Shown here: one piece after another, positions 11,648 to 22,658 of the stretch | How positions within the stretch are numbered: position 1 is the stretch's first letter | How the letters are laid out: every line of letters starts with the position of its first letter | Source: Owenia fusiformis | Taxonomy: Eukaryota | Direction of reading: 5' to 3' | Assembly (NCBI GenBank): GCA_903813345.2 | Contig: CAIIXF020000001.1 | Coordinates: 5,890,001 to 5,954,000, forward strand | Length of the DNA stretch: 64,000 nucleotides | Position numbers and translations under genes: made by a program | The notes under the pieces: generated by a model | The model's input: only the letters and a program-made list of their open reading frames with translations | Databases searched by the model: none | What the model was told of the DNA's origin: nothing

Positions 11648-14600
11648 GTACGTCTGTTCCGTGCTAGTAATCAACGATAGCATGCATTTGTATGTGCAGA
11701 GGTATAATGTAGTTATTAATGTACATGTATACATGTATAACTTGCACACGAGGGACTCTCACTAATATAACAGACCTATGCACTTATAATCTTAGCATTA
11801 TTACGAAGGTTTACCAATGAATAGCACTGATATGACATTCGTCATGGTAACAATTCATCATACTGATTTGTCGAACAGTTATTAACAAGCTATGGATCTC
11901 TAGTATGAATGCGATATTGCTTTCTATTAGACACGGTCAGTATTGTGAACGTACAATTGCATTTAGAAATTCAGAGCGAATGGTTACCAAGAGAAAAACA
12001 AAAAGTATGTGTCCACTTTTCTGAACTAATTAACACCTGTTAAAAGTATATAATTATGAAAGATGAATCACACTCGAGATTTCATCTGAATTACTGATTA
12101 ATAAATGAAACCTTTTATGATAAATAACCATGCTTAAAATATGATCAGGGTGTAAGCAATCGATTCTTGGATATAATAGACTAGCATTTCATGTCACAAA
12201 TATCGATATTTAGATTTATGGATTAGAACAGTATATCTTGGTTGTAAAAGTATATGACTCTCTACAACCAACGCATGTTAGTTCCTTTTTCATTTCATGA
12301 TTTGAACGTATGGAGCCATGTATGGTGATTAAATAAAACTACATATTAAAATAAAATAACACATGGTCCAGCGAGAATACAACGTCCCCATTGATTTTGA
12401 ATTAGAACATTTATATTTGCAATTGTTCTGCCGCCATAAGACAATATAATGGTAGGTGTACGTTCTAAGTGCATCGACTGAATCGGATTTTGCTTCTGGC
12501 TATGTCCGACCAGATTTAAAACGTCTGCCAAATCAACATCGACAAAAGCCGATGCTTGTAATCATCCAATTGTGTTGTATGCAATACCATTGTTTGTAAC
12601 CATGTACATTGTTTGTAATGTCATTGTCTGTAACCATTTCTGCATCAATGGAAAATTTTGTCCAAAACGGTGTACAAAAAAACTCAACCATTTATAATCA
12701 TTCAACAATCAGGTGGATCTAGTACAATGATTTATAGGACTCACCAAACAGATGTGTATGTGTGTCAATCTGACACGCAACTTGTAAAAGTGTCAGCTAA
12801 AATTACTTCACTTTTACAAGATCATTCAAGCCTTCTGTTTGTTATCACAATGAACAAACCAATATCATCAATAAAGATACTGAACACATGGAGTGTAAAA
12901 ATGTGCACATCCTCCACAAGATAAATTACAATTATTACTTGTGATATTTGCTATAACGTTTATTATATCTTAATTGGGAGATTATTTACTCGCCAAAGAT
13001 GATCCCATGGGTCACGATTCCAATTTTCAGATGGAGTTGCCAAAAGCGTCGGAACATTGAAAACCATTCAATTTAATTTCAGGATCAAAATCAGTGCAAT
13101 TAACCAAATAGGATTTTGCCAAGAGTTCGATAAAACATGTTAGTGTAAGTACTGAGTAATAGAAAAACATATCTTTAACGCCCACTGTCAGAACGTCTGA
13201 ATCAACTCTTTTGTTTTAAGAAGCATTGATCTGTCTCAAACGTTACACGTAATATAGCGGATGTAAGCGGTGGTACAATGGATTTCATCATTATCATAGA
13301 TTATAAGTAAGATCATTCAGTACGGATATTGTTATACCTGCAATACGATTAGATTATCATTTTAAGCTCGGTCATCGACTTTTACTTTTGTACGACTAGA
13401 TATATTAATTTTCCCTCGAAAGGCAAAGCTATTGTAATGTCCAATATGCGTGACAACGTATATCAGCGATAAGCTATGTATATATCAAACACACTACAAT
13501 ATAATCAACACTGCAAGATAATAAAACAATTCGAAAAAACATAAACGGATTCTAATAAAATAAGCACAACTATATGAATGGTAAAACATTGCAACTAGAT
13601 AATAATACAATAATACAATAATCACAAACGTATGATTTTATCATAATCACAAATATATGATATTCACACATAGCCTGGCAAGGTGTGTCCGATTCCAACC
13701 AATCCAAAACAGTATTTATCATGACAGCAGTGCATGAAATAATCAATAACGCATTTGTTTTTATGGTTGTCAAGGTGAGGAGAGTGAAATTGATGCTTTG
13801 CCAATTCTTGACCCTCACAAACAGTTTCATTGAAAATATGTTCTTTTAGTGATTTTGTATCTTTTAGGTGATTTTGTAGAAAATATTTTGCAATGTGTGA
13901 AAAGAATTTAAGCCCAAGACCCAAAGTAGCTGCTTCATATATTCCACTTAGACTTTGTTTCCTAAAATTCTCATTCCCGCTGCGCGGTCATTCCAAGATT
14001 TAAAAACAACACCTTCATGGTATGATTCAGCAAACAATGAACTGTGTCCAGGGCTTAAATCCTTAAATCCAACCAACACAATCGGTTGGTAGTAAAACAC
14101 GTTACACAGACAGAGGATAATACAATTAATACAACACGATAATATGATAATGCAAAGTCAATCACATAATGATACCATGCAATTTAAACAATCAAATAAT
14201 GATACATTTGCAATAAACGCGACAGAAAATAATAATAAACACAACAGGCTAATTAAATTGGCAGTCAATAGAGGGTTTTTATATATACCCTTGAAATCTC
14301 GCTAATTCACGTTTTCATGAGATTTTAAGAGATTTGCATATTGAACATCTAATGATTCACCCTTTCTTCTTTTTAATAACATATTTTAATTCAGTGAAAA
14401 GTGTGGACAAAATGTATATTGATGCACTGCTCAAATTCTTTAAAACCTATGTTAATCATTTTTTGATTAATCTCAATATGTACATTTACAGGGTTACCCC
14501 ACAGTATGCCATTCGAGTTTTAAACAGATTCAGCCAACACTTATAAATCATGAAATTCGGTGATTATTGCAAGTTTTTAACATATGAATTTAACCCTACT

Positions 14601-14950
14601 TTCACTAGTTCTCACTACGTTCACAAAAATTAAACGGGCTAAACTGGATACGAACGGATTGTAAGGACGTATCAAAGCTTAGGAACGAGTTTGCAAAATT
14701 ATAGCTATCACACCAAACTAGTTGTCACTGCATTCTTCAAAACGTTGTCGAACTGGTTTTAAACGGTGTGCGAACGGAATGAACGTAGCTGCAACTTTCT
14801 ATGGTCTATTTACGAACTTCGAATTCAAAGGCGTGTTCGGACTGGAAAGTGATTTAGAATTTTGGACCATTTCGAAATTTGATGGCGACCATACCGTTCT
14901 GTAATTAGATCGTGTGTCATCGTTCTTCAAGCGAAGTGACCTACTAGCTA

Positions 14951-15331
14951 CAGGGGGGGGGGAGATTTCTCAAAGATGACCTTTCGTATTGGCACGTTCG
15001 AAAACAAATTTTATTAACATGCCTCATTTGCCATTGAAATGGATCTCCAAATGTTCGCTGTAGTTTTATGAGTATTCTCTACAAGTATGGATCGAATAAC
15101 TTCAACAGTATTACCGTAGGTTTAAAATGATAATGTTGAACTGGTGTTAACGCCATTCCCGAGCTTTCAAATTTAACTTTGCGCATGCGCAACACTGAGA
15201 GAGCACCTGCTCATTATTGTTCACGTGATCACATCCTGCAATTTGATTGGAGATGATGCGGGAGATGACGTAATGGGGAATCCCCGAATAATAGAATATG
15301 AAAGAATTGTGGGAGCTACTCACTTCTTCTG
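14951..15331. mobile_element. CAG...CTG element with 9-bp TSD (tactagcta), carrying clustered transcription-factor motifs
   Basis: tactagcta at 14942-14950 and 15332-15340. A second, diverged copy is at ~30330-30677. Confidence 0.75.
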
Positions 15332-15350
15332 TACTAGCTATAGACAAGGA

Positions 15351-15839
15351 ACGTATATGAAGCTCCAAGTGTTCCGGGTTACCCAAGTATTCCGACTCTT
15401 TCCGAAGTATTCTGACTTGGCCCAAGTATTCTTGGTTTACTTATTTTATCAAATACACTCGATACGGTGAATTTCAATTTCTAATATCAATTTTAGGTTT
15501 CTACAGAGATGACTAATGAAATTAAGCTAATGAAACTACTTATAATGTGGCTGCCTCGTGCACAAAAGGCTTTCCATTTATTCGTATAAAATGGGCCTCG
15601 ATTTTTAAAAAATGGGTCCATATTTTTAAAAATTGGGTCAAAACTTTCAACAAGCCAACATTTTAGGACTCTCGTTTTTCATCCTAGCATTTTTTAGCAA
15701 AATTTTATTTTTTGAACCCTCTCTTGTGAATTATAAGATATGATAAAATAAGTGAACTCGGAACACTTGGGTTGTCAGAATAGTTGGGCAAGAGTCAGAA
15801 CACTTGGGTAGCCCAGAACAGTTGGCCTTCCACAAACGT
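15351..15839. mobile_element. MITE with ccaagt(g/a)ttc subterminal repeats
   Basis: Left ccaagtgttccgggttacccaagtattccgactc is the reverse complement of right gagtcagaacacttgggtagcccagaacagttgg. Confidence 0.65.
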
Positions 15840-16148
15840 AATACTTCGGACTGCTTCTAGGGACGCGCGTTCACAACGTTGTGGGCTTTGAGGTCGATTG
15901 CAATACGTGTGCAAACTGATATGGTGCGACCTAAACTAACTGTGAATGAGATAGACGTATTGAAGACTGTTCATGAACGAAGTAGCTTATTATTCTAGAC
16001 ATATTCCCATATTCCCAAAGTCAGATTTTGTCCAATTTTCGACTTTTTGTAGAATTGGAAAGAACGGTTGAGAACTAGTTTGGTGTGATAGGGGGGGGGG
16101 GGGGTAAGCCATTGATGAACATACAAGTTGAACTATTTTTGTCAATTA

Positions 16149-16572
16149 CCCTACTATCACACCAAACTTGTTCTCACTACGTTCTCGAAAACGGGCTTAA
16201 ACTGTGCACGAACGGATTCTACGGTCTATTGGCGAACTTCATGGACTTTGACGGACGGGGAATGTGATTTAGAATTTTGAATCAATTCGACCATACCGTT
16301 CTGTAATCAGGTCATGATGACCTTCTAGACTAAGGGACGCGTTATACGACGTTGCACACCGACGTGGTGCGACCTGAACGAACTGCGAATGAGATGGACG
16401 TATTGGAGACTGTTTATGGACGAAGTAGCTAATTATTTTAGACATTTTTCCCGACCACAGCCAGATTGAGCCCGTTTTACGACGTTTTCGTAGGACTGGC
16501 AAGAACGAGTAGGAACTAGTTTGGTGAGATCATGGGCTTTCAACTAGAAAAACCCATGGTGAGATAGGGGGG
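16149..16572. mobile_element. PIF/Harbinger-type MITE, internally deleted copy
   Basis: TTA|ccctactatcacaccaaac...tggtgagatagggggg|TTA. Same family as 34280-35093. Confidence 0.8.
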
Positions 16573-17529
16573 TTACATCTTGACCTATCGAGGCTTGACA
16601 GAAGAAGGAATGCAATGGTTTAACCGTATACGTCAATTAAACATTAGATCAGGTACTATTCCTCCCTGGAGCCAATAAATTCGGAGACAGTCACATGTAG
16701 AAAGGGACATTCCATTACTTTTGAATCCTTTTCATCACTTTTTATATAAATCATATTGGATGTGCCTGTGGTACGTAACAGTTGTGTTGGCAATAACTAC
16801 TTTTGTAGCGATTTTACATTTTTGATTGTTACGTTATGTCCTATAATCGATGAATTATCGGAATCCGATTGCGTCTTGAACATATATAAGGTCGAAATGG
16901 TCCAATACGGATGCTGTAACATTCCTCTTCATGTTGTATATGTGGCTTTAGTTGCGGTAAAGTTGCTATAAATGTGTGTCACAATTAGATGAATATAATT
17001 TAACGTTGCTACCTGGCAACTACACTACCAAGGGAGCATCTCAATCATTCCAACGATATAGAATTTGACAATTTTAATCACTAAACGTAATGACATTCAC
17101 CTGCACCACAACTGATAACCTATTAACAGTAATGTTATTTGAAAATTGCATCTGGTAATTTTGATAACTGAATGTTGAGTGGGTTTAAACATAAGAACAC
17201 ATCGATTAGATGATCATGAGGAGTAACACATTCAATTTAATTATATGCGCAGTTAAACACGAGCCCAAAGCGTGAGCGTTAAGGCAAGCATGTAATTAAA
17301 AGGGTGCCATACCCCATATATATAAGTCATAGATTCCTCTGTTAAACTCTTCACATATGGCGAAATAGTGAAAAATATTATTAAAATGGCAAATATTTTG
17401 TAAGGCAAAGTGCTGACCAAGATAATAATATTTTGAACGAAAATTAAAACAATGCATTATCATTTCAGAAAATACAGATGGCACATGATGCACTAATTGG
17501 TCAAAGAAAAAAATATTCTTGTGACTGAA

Positions 17530-17706
17530 TAATCCATGGGCTTAACAGAAGCTCTTTTATAATATCGAACTCATATTCTAACATGCAAAGTGAGGCTCAG
17601 CCAATATCAATATCTATACTCATGAATCGCTACGCTCGCTCGTCCAGATATTGATATCAACTCGTGGATAAGAATGATATCAGTCAAAGTCATAGGATAT
17701 CCTATA
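17530..17706. mobile_element. Palindromic Crypton-like non-autonomous repeat
   Basis: Central tcgctacgctcgctcgt and end cataggatatcct are shared with 55862-56008. No TSD. Family assignment is inference. Confidence 0.45.
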
Positions 17707-17829
17707 CGTCGTTCATTATGGTTCCACAATGAACTGAGTAGTACCATTATTTGTAAGAGAGGGAGACGTCTTCAAAGTGCATGATAGTGTCATGAAAACT
17801 GGTCAATGTCAATTTCTAAAGGAGTGACA

Positions 17830-18010
17830 GTATATTTGAATTGTAATAAATAACCCAGTATGATTCTTACTGGATTTAAAAGCATTCATCCATGTACTAA
17901 GCCATCTTGATAATGTACTTGGGCTCCACCCTAGTGCATTATTTGTATGGGTCATCACATGCGCGCATGCTTTTAAATTTCCAATAAAGAATGAGATTCA
18001 TTATTCTTTA
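17830..18010. repeat. Degenerate palindromic repeat
   Basis: attcttactggatttaaaagcat ... atgcttttaaatttccaataaagaat. Confidence 0.4.
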
Positions 18011-19045
18011 AATATGTGATGGCATCACGTTGCATATTTCATTGTGCGTTTAATTTTGCTTACGAAATAGTAAGCAGCCCCTGTCATGAGCCTGTTATAT
18101 TATAACATCTATGTATCTTAGATACGTTTTATCTCATATTTATAATCTCGAATTTACTTTTAGATTTTAATTAAGTAGATGCGTTCATGGTACACCGTTA
18201 GGTATACTGATATTGAGATGCATGAACGTAATCCAGCTATTGACGTCATTTGCCTGGTGTGAAATTTCATTCTTTGATGAACACATCTTCGAGATCGGAT
18301 TCATATACTTTATATTAAAAGCCTTTGGCTTATAGCAACAACAGACGTGTACATGAGGAATGTAGAATCAATCTACAATGGCTTATAAAAGAGGCGTTAA
18401 CGTGTCATTTGAAGTCAATTAATTATATGCTCTATGAAGGTATATCGTGTCTGTTGTTTAATTGTTTTTAATTTACCGGCGTGTTAAGATGTGTGAAAGC
18501 TTTCCATTAAAATGACTCCACATTGCTCTTTATCTAAAGATGGCATTACCGCATGGCATCATCACACTTTTGGAACACAAAGCTTCGCTAAATGTCATCC
18601 TTCAAAGGACTCCATTTAGGCTTAAATTGATATATATTTAATATCATATATACCCTTGCTGCAAGGGTGCTAAATCTATCCTTTTTATAGTTTTGCTTCC
18701 GGGCTTCAAGACAAGCTGAAATAATCTTACATATTTTTTATTTGCACTTTTTGTTGCCAAAGTTTTGGATATGATTTTTTGAATAACTTATCTGTGGGGA
18801 GAGGTTGTTGGTATTTTCTAAACAAAGTAGAAAACGTTGAAACTTTACATTTCCCATTTCCATTTGAAAATGATGTTTATGTTTATGTTTCTTTATTTTC
18901 CTCCGTGTTGGGGAGAGCATAAAAATGTACATCAAATTAAATTAAATAATATACAAAGGTTAAAAGTATAAAAAGGAGATTCAACATATTTACAGAAGCA
19001 TGTTCTTCAGATGTACTATTTACATTGTTTAGGATGAGGGTATAT

Positions 19046-22000
19046 TCAAGTATACTCCTCGAGACTCGTGGAATCCTGTGGAACAAACCTGAAGAAACCT
19101 TTAATGTCAAAAAGGCTTACGCTACACATTATTATGAATTGCTCAAACATCAAATCATCCAAGAACAAATCTGACCTACTGCCTAGGAGTGTGTGAGTTA
19201 GTTTTTCATCGTCGAGGCTAAACAGGTTTACACCCACACTTATAGGCAGATGGTCGATGAGTTTTTCAAAGAAGATGTTCCTATGTATTGAAAAATACTC
19301 GCACTGCAAATAATGCACAATGATACGTTCACATAACCTGTGGCAACTGTTACAACGATACATTTTATAACTTGGATCTGTGGCCAGGTTAATGAGGTTA
19401 CCAAGTGACCACGTGTATTTTGGAAACTTAAGACCTATTTGCCATGCGAAACACGGTTTAATATTTTGATGAATATGTTGAAATATAACAAGGTTTGAGT
19501 TTGCTTTGACTCGATTTTTCCACGACTCTTCTTCTTTTAGACGTATTTGGCCTTTTACAATATTTTTGAAAAGCCTTTTTTGAATGATTTGACCGCTTTT
19601 TACAAAGCCGTCAACGTATTCCTTGAGAACGTTGTGCTCTGCGACAATACTCATGATATCGCTAACAAAGCCTAGATGGTCAACAGGATGAAGAATGTAC
19701 GAGGCTAGTCTGTAAAGAAAAATGAATCGTGTAAAGGAATGTTTACAGACACAAAGTCTGTGCCAGAAATTCAATTTCATTATCGTAATAGAATTACAAA
19801 TTGACGTGGCTCCTAAGGTTGCCAGAACTACATCTGAGGAGACTCGACTTTCAAGCCCTTGTACAGTTTTGAAAATTTTCCTCTGGGTAACGGTCAGGGT
19901 GTCCTCATCAGCAGGAGAGAGACACCACATTTCAGCCCCGAAAATGGCACGCGGGAGTATGATCGTGTTCCAAATTTTGGAAAAAATCAGTGGATTTGAT
20001 CCATTTTTGTGTAGCTTAAGCACATTTTTTAAAGAATAAAATTTTGCATTGAGTTTCTTTTTGGCCGATGCGGCCAGAGGTTTTGAATCGAAATTTGGAG
20101 TAACTTCGTTACCAACATATGTGACTTTTCTGGTTTCGTGAACTGACTCAGCTCCAATGTGCCATTTACGCATGCCTTGATTTTTTACAAAATTTCTTTT
20201 TGACTCATTAAAAATCACAATATTACTTTTGCTGCCTTTACCTGCATGATAAATCATGCGCCATTTTGCGCTGTAAGAAAGAACAATATCTAGGAGTGCT
20301 TGTAAAGCATTTGGGGTTGTCGAAATAAGAGTGGTGTCGTCGGCAACGAGTATACATGGTATATGTCGATCCCCTAGCTGAAGACCAGAATTGGAGTCAA
20401 TTAGGTCTTTAATTAGGGCGTCGATATAAACCAAAAACCAAAGTGAACTGGTAACTCTACCCTGGCCAACGCCTTGATTAATACAGAATTGTCGAGAGTA
20501 TGTACCATTGTATAATACCATGGCAGTTGTATCAGTATAACTGTCCACGATGAGTCGCCATGCTTTACCATTAATGCCTAAAGAAAATAGCTTGTAAAAG
20601 AGGCCCTTGCGCCACAGAAAATCATATGCCTTGTGGTTGTCCAAAAATGCAGCAAAAACTACACTATTTCTTTCTTTAAAATGAAGGATTATTTCTTTGA
20701 GAGCAAAGAAAGCAAATTGGCTGCTACAGCCTACCTGGTACGAAAATTGTAAAAAATGAGGACAACCTTTAGCTAAGAGTTTCGGTGTTGACCTAAGGGT
20801 TAAGATGCGTTCCCATAACTTGTACATACAACTGGTTAAAGTGAGGCCTCGATAATTATCAGTAATTGTCGACTGCTTACCCTTACCTTTAAATAAGGAA
20901 ATGATAATTCCCAACTTAAAGGCCGGTGGAATTTTGGCAATTCTAATCATCGCGTTAAAGATCCTACATAAATAATGAAGAACAATTGTATCACAAAATT
21001 TGAAGTGCTCGATAGTAACTAAATCATGCCCTGGAGCTTTGCCGTTGTTGAAAGTGCTCAAGCTATGCGATAATTCGTCAAACGTGATTGGATCCTCAAA
21101 AATTCCATCATGCATGCTATGAGACTTTTCTAACATTAATGGGAATTGGTTTTCTATGTAATCATGAAAATTATTGTCAAAGTGATGATGATTAGATTCT
21201 TTACCCAAACGTTCATAGTGGTCTACCCAAGCGCCACGGATTAAATCTGGATCGCGAATCATAATACCATCAACTAGTAACTCATGGCCAATATTAAGAT
21301 TGCATTTAGAATGACCATTGTGATTTTTTACTAATCTATAAAACAAAGCGCTGTCAACTTCGGCTGCATCTTGTAAATCTTTGAGTTGTTTCTGATCGTA
21401 TTCAAATTTTAATCTTTTTAATTGTCGCGTAAAGGCACGTTTTTGTAATTTGTAATTGCGAAATGAATCAAAGGCAAGGCCACGAGGCCTACCATCACGA
21501 ATCCAAATGGTTCTCGCCTGTTTCATGGCTTTGTGCAAAGGACCCAGATTGCCTGTCTTCCAATATGGTTTAAGGAATTTACGAAATTTTGACTTGGGAA
21601 TAACTTTGTTGCTGCACTGTGTTAAAACACTGCTTAGATTAGAGACGGCACTATCAATTTGCTCTATGGAATCTAATGGTACATTTTCATAATGTGAAAT
21701 ATGATCAGTAACCATGTTGGAATATAAGTCGAGTTGCTCGGAATTGGCTTTACGCCATCTGGTAACATTGCGCGAAGTACATGAATCAAGCTTAATATAG
21801 GGTAACGTGATGTTGACAACCAGAACAATGGGAAGATGATCAGACACATTCAAGAAATGATCGTCTAAGACGGCACACTCGTTGACTAAGTCAAGTTTAC
21901 AATTTGGTATAAAAATGTGATCTATACCTGTTTTATGTTTCCCGCAATGACTGGCGTAAGTGAATCGAGGTCCAGAAGTAATATCACGAGAGTTGACAGA

Positions 22001-22651
22001 TACCAAGTTGCAGTCAAAAGCCCAATTCTCGAGGATATTACCTCTGTCATTCGAGACATCACATCGAGGTCCACTAGCGGAACTTAAGTGACCATTGAAA
22101 TCACCAGAGAAAATGACTAACCCAGAGTCAGCATAGGTGGCGTATAATTCATACAGAGTGTCAATCCATTGTTTAAAAACAGCAATGTCGTGATTAGCTG
22201 CCGGTAAATATACTGCAAAGATAAAAATACTATATCCCTCAGAATGAATAAGTTCAATGCCACATATCCTGTCACCGTGTATGATTTTCTTTTTGACAAG
22301 CATAGAATTCCTGTATAAAATAGCAACTCCGCCGTAACCGCGACAGTTGCGCTCATTTACTCTGATTGACAAACTTTCGTCGCATATGCCAATTGCCGTG
22401 AAATTGAGATCTAATGAATCTAGAAATGAGATGTTATCAGGGCATAGCCAATGTTCGGTTAAAGTGATGATATCGTTTGATTTCAATAAATTCATGAGAT
22501 ATGGGCTACTAGACATGACACCTCTGCAATTCCAGTTTGCAATTTTTAAATGGCTATTCATAAAATAAGGTAAAATTATGCGAGCAGTAAGTAATGCATG
22601 GATAAGGAAAACAGTACATGTTAATAAGAGTAATACACTGTACATTGACAT
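19046..22651 (-). CDS. LINE ORF2: APE endonuclease + reverse transcriptase + CCHC zinc knuckle (~1201 aa; the frame stays open upstream to 22888)
   Basis: APE motifs WNCRG, LTEHWL, GYGGVA, VYLP, GDFNGH, IDHIF, SDHLP. RT motifs KAPGHD, NYRGLTL, LDNHKAYD, QGVGQG, VADD, YVG. C-terminal CNSC-x8-H-x3-C. Start placed at the first ATG, 7 nt after the ORF1 stop; ATG 22561 is an alternative. Confidence 0.95.
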   Translation of the reverse strand: MSMYSVLLLLTCTVFLIHALLTARIILPYFMNSHLKIANWNCRGVMSSSPYLMNLLKSNDIITLTEHWLCPDNISFLDSLDLNFTAIGICDESLSIRVNERNCRGYGGVAILYRNSMLVKKKIIHGDRICGIELIHSEGYSIFIFAVYLPAANHDIAVFKQWIDTLYELYATYADSGLVIFSGDFNGHLSSASGPRCDVSNDRGNILENWAFDCNLVSVNSRDITSGPRFTYASHCGKHKTGIDHIFIPNCKLDLVNECAVLDDHFLNVSDHLPIVLVVNITLPYIKLDSCTSRNVTRWRKANSEQLDLYSNMVTDHISHYENVPLDSIEQIDSAVSNLSSVLTQCSNKVIPKSKFRKFLKPYWKTGNLGPLHKAMKQARTIWIRDGRPRGLAFDSFRNYKLQKRAFTRQLKRLKFEYDQKQLKDLQDAAEVDSALFYRLVKNHNGHSKCNLNIGHELLVDGIMIRDPDLIRGAWVDHYERLGKESNHHHFDNNFHDYIENQFPLMLEKSHSMHDGIFEDPITFDELSHSLSTFNNGKAPGHDLVTIEHFKFCDTIVLHYLCRIFNAMIRIAKIPPAFKLGIIISLFKGKGKQSTITDNYRGLTLTSCMYKLWERILTLRSTPKLLAKGCPHFLQFSYQVGCSSQFAFFALKEIILHFKERNSVVFAAFLDNHKAYDFLWRKGLFYKLFSLGINGKAWRLIVDSYTDTTAMVLYNGTYSRQFCINQGVGQGRVTSSLWFLVYIDALIKDLIDSNSGLQLGDRHIPCILVADDTTLISTTPNALQALLDIVLSYSAKWRMIYHAGKGSKSNIVIFNESKRNFVKNQGMRKWHIGAESVHETRKVTYVGNEVTPNFDSKPLAASAKKKLNAKFYSLKNVLKLHKNGSNPLIFSKIWNTIILPRAIFGAEMWCLSPADEDTLTVTQRKIFKTVQGLESRVSSDVVLATLGATSICNSITIMKLNFWHRLCVCKHSFTRFIFLYRLASYILHPVDHLGFVSDIMSIVAEHNVLKEYVDGFVKSGQIIQKRLFKNIVKGQIRLKEEESWKNRVKANSNLVIFQHIHQNIKPCFAWQIGLKFPKYTWSLGNLINLATDPSYKMYRCNSCHRLCERIIVHYLQCEYFSIHRNIFFEKLIDHLPISVGVNLFSLDDEKLTHTLLGSRSDLFLDDLMFEQFIIMCSVSLFDIKGFFRFVPQDSTSLEEYT

Positions 22652-22658
22652 TTTAGGT

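Larger units (their letters stand above)
14594..16104. mobile_element. PIF/Harbinger-type MITE copy interrupted by two insertions
   Basis: TAA|ccctact...gtttggtgtgatag(G)n|TAA. Reverse-complement homology to the complete copy at 34280-35093. Confidence 0.75.
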
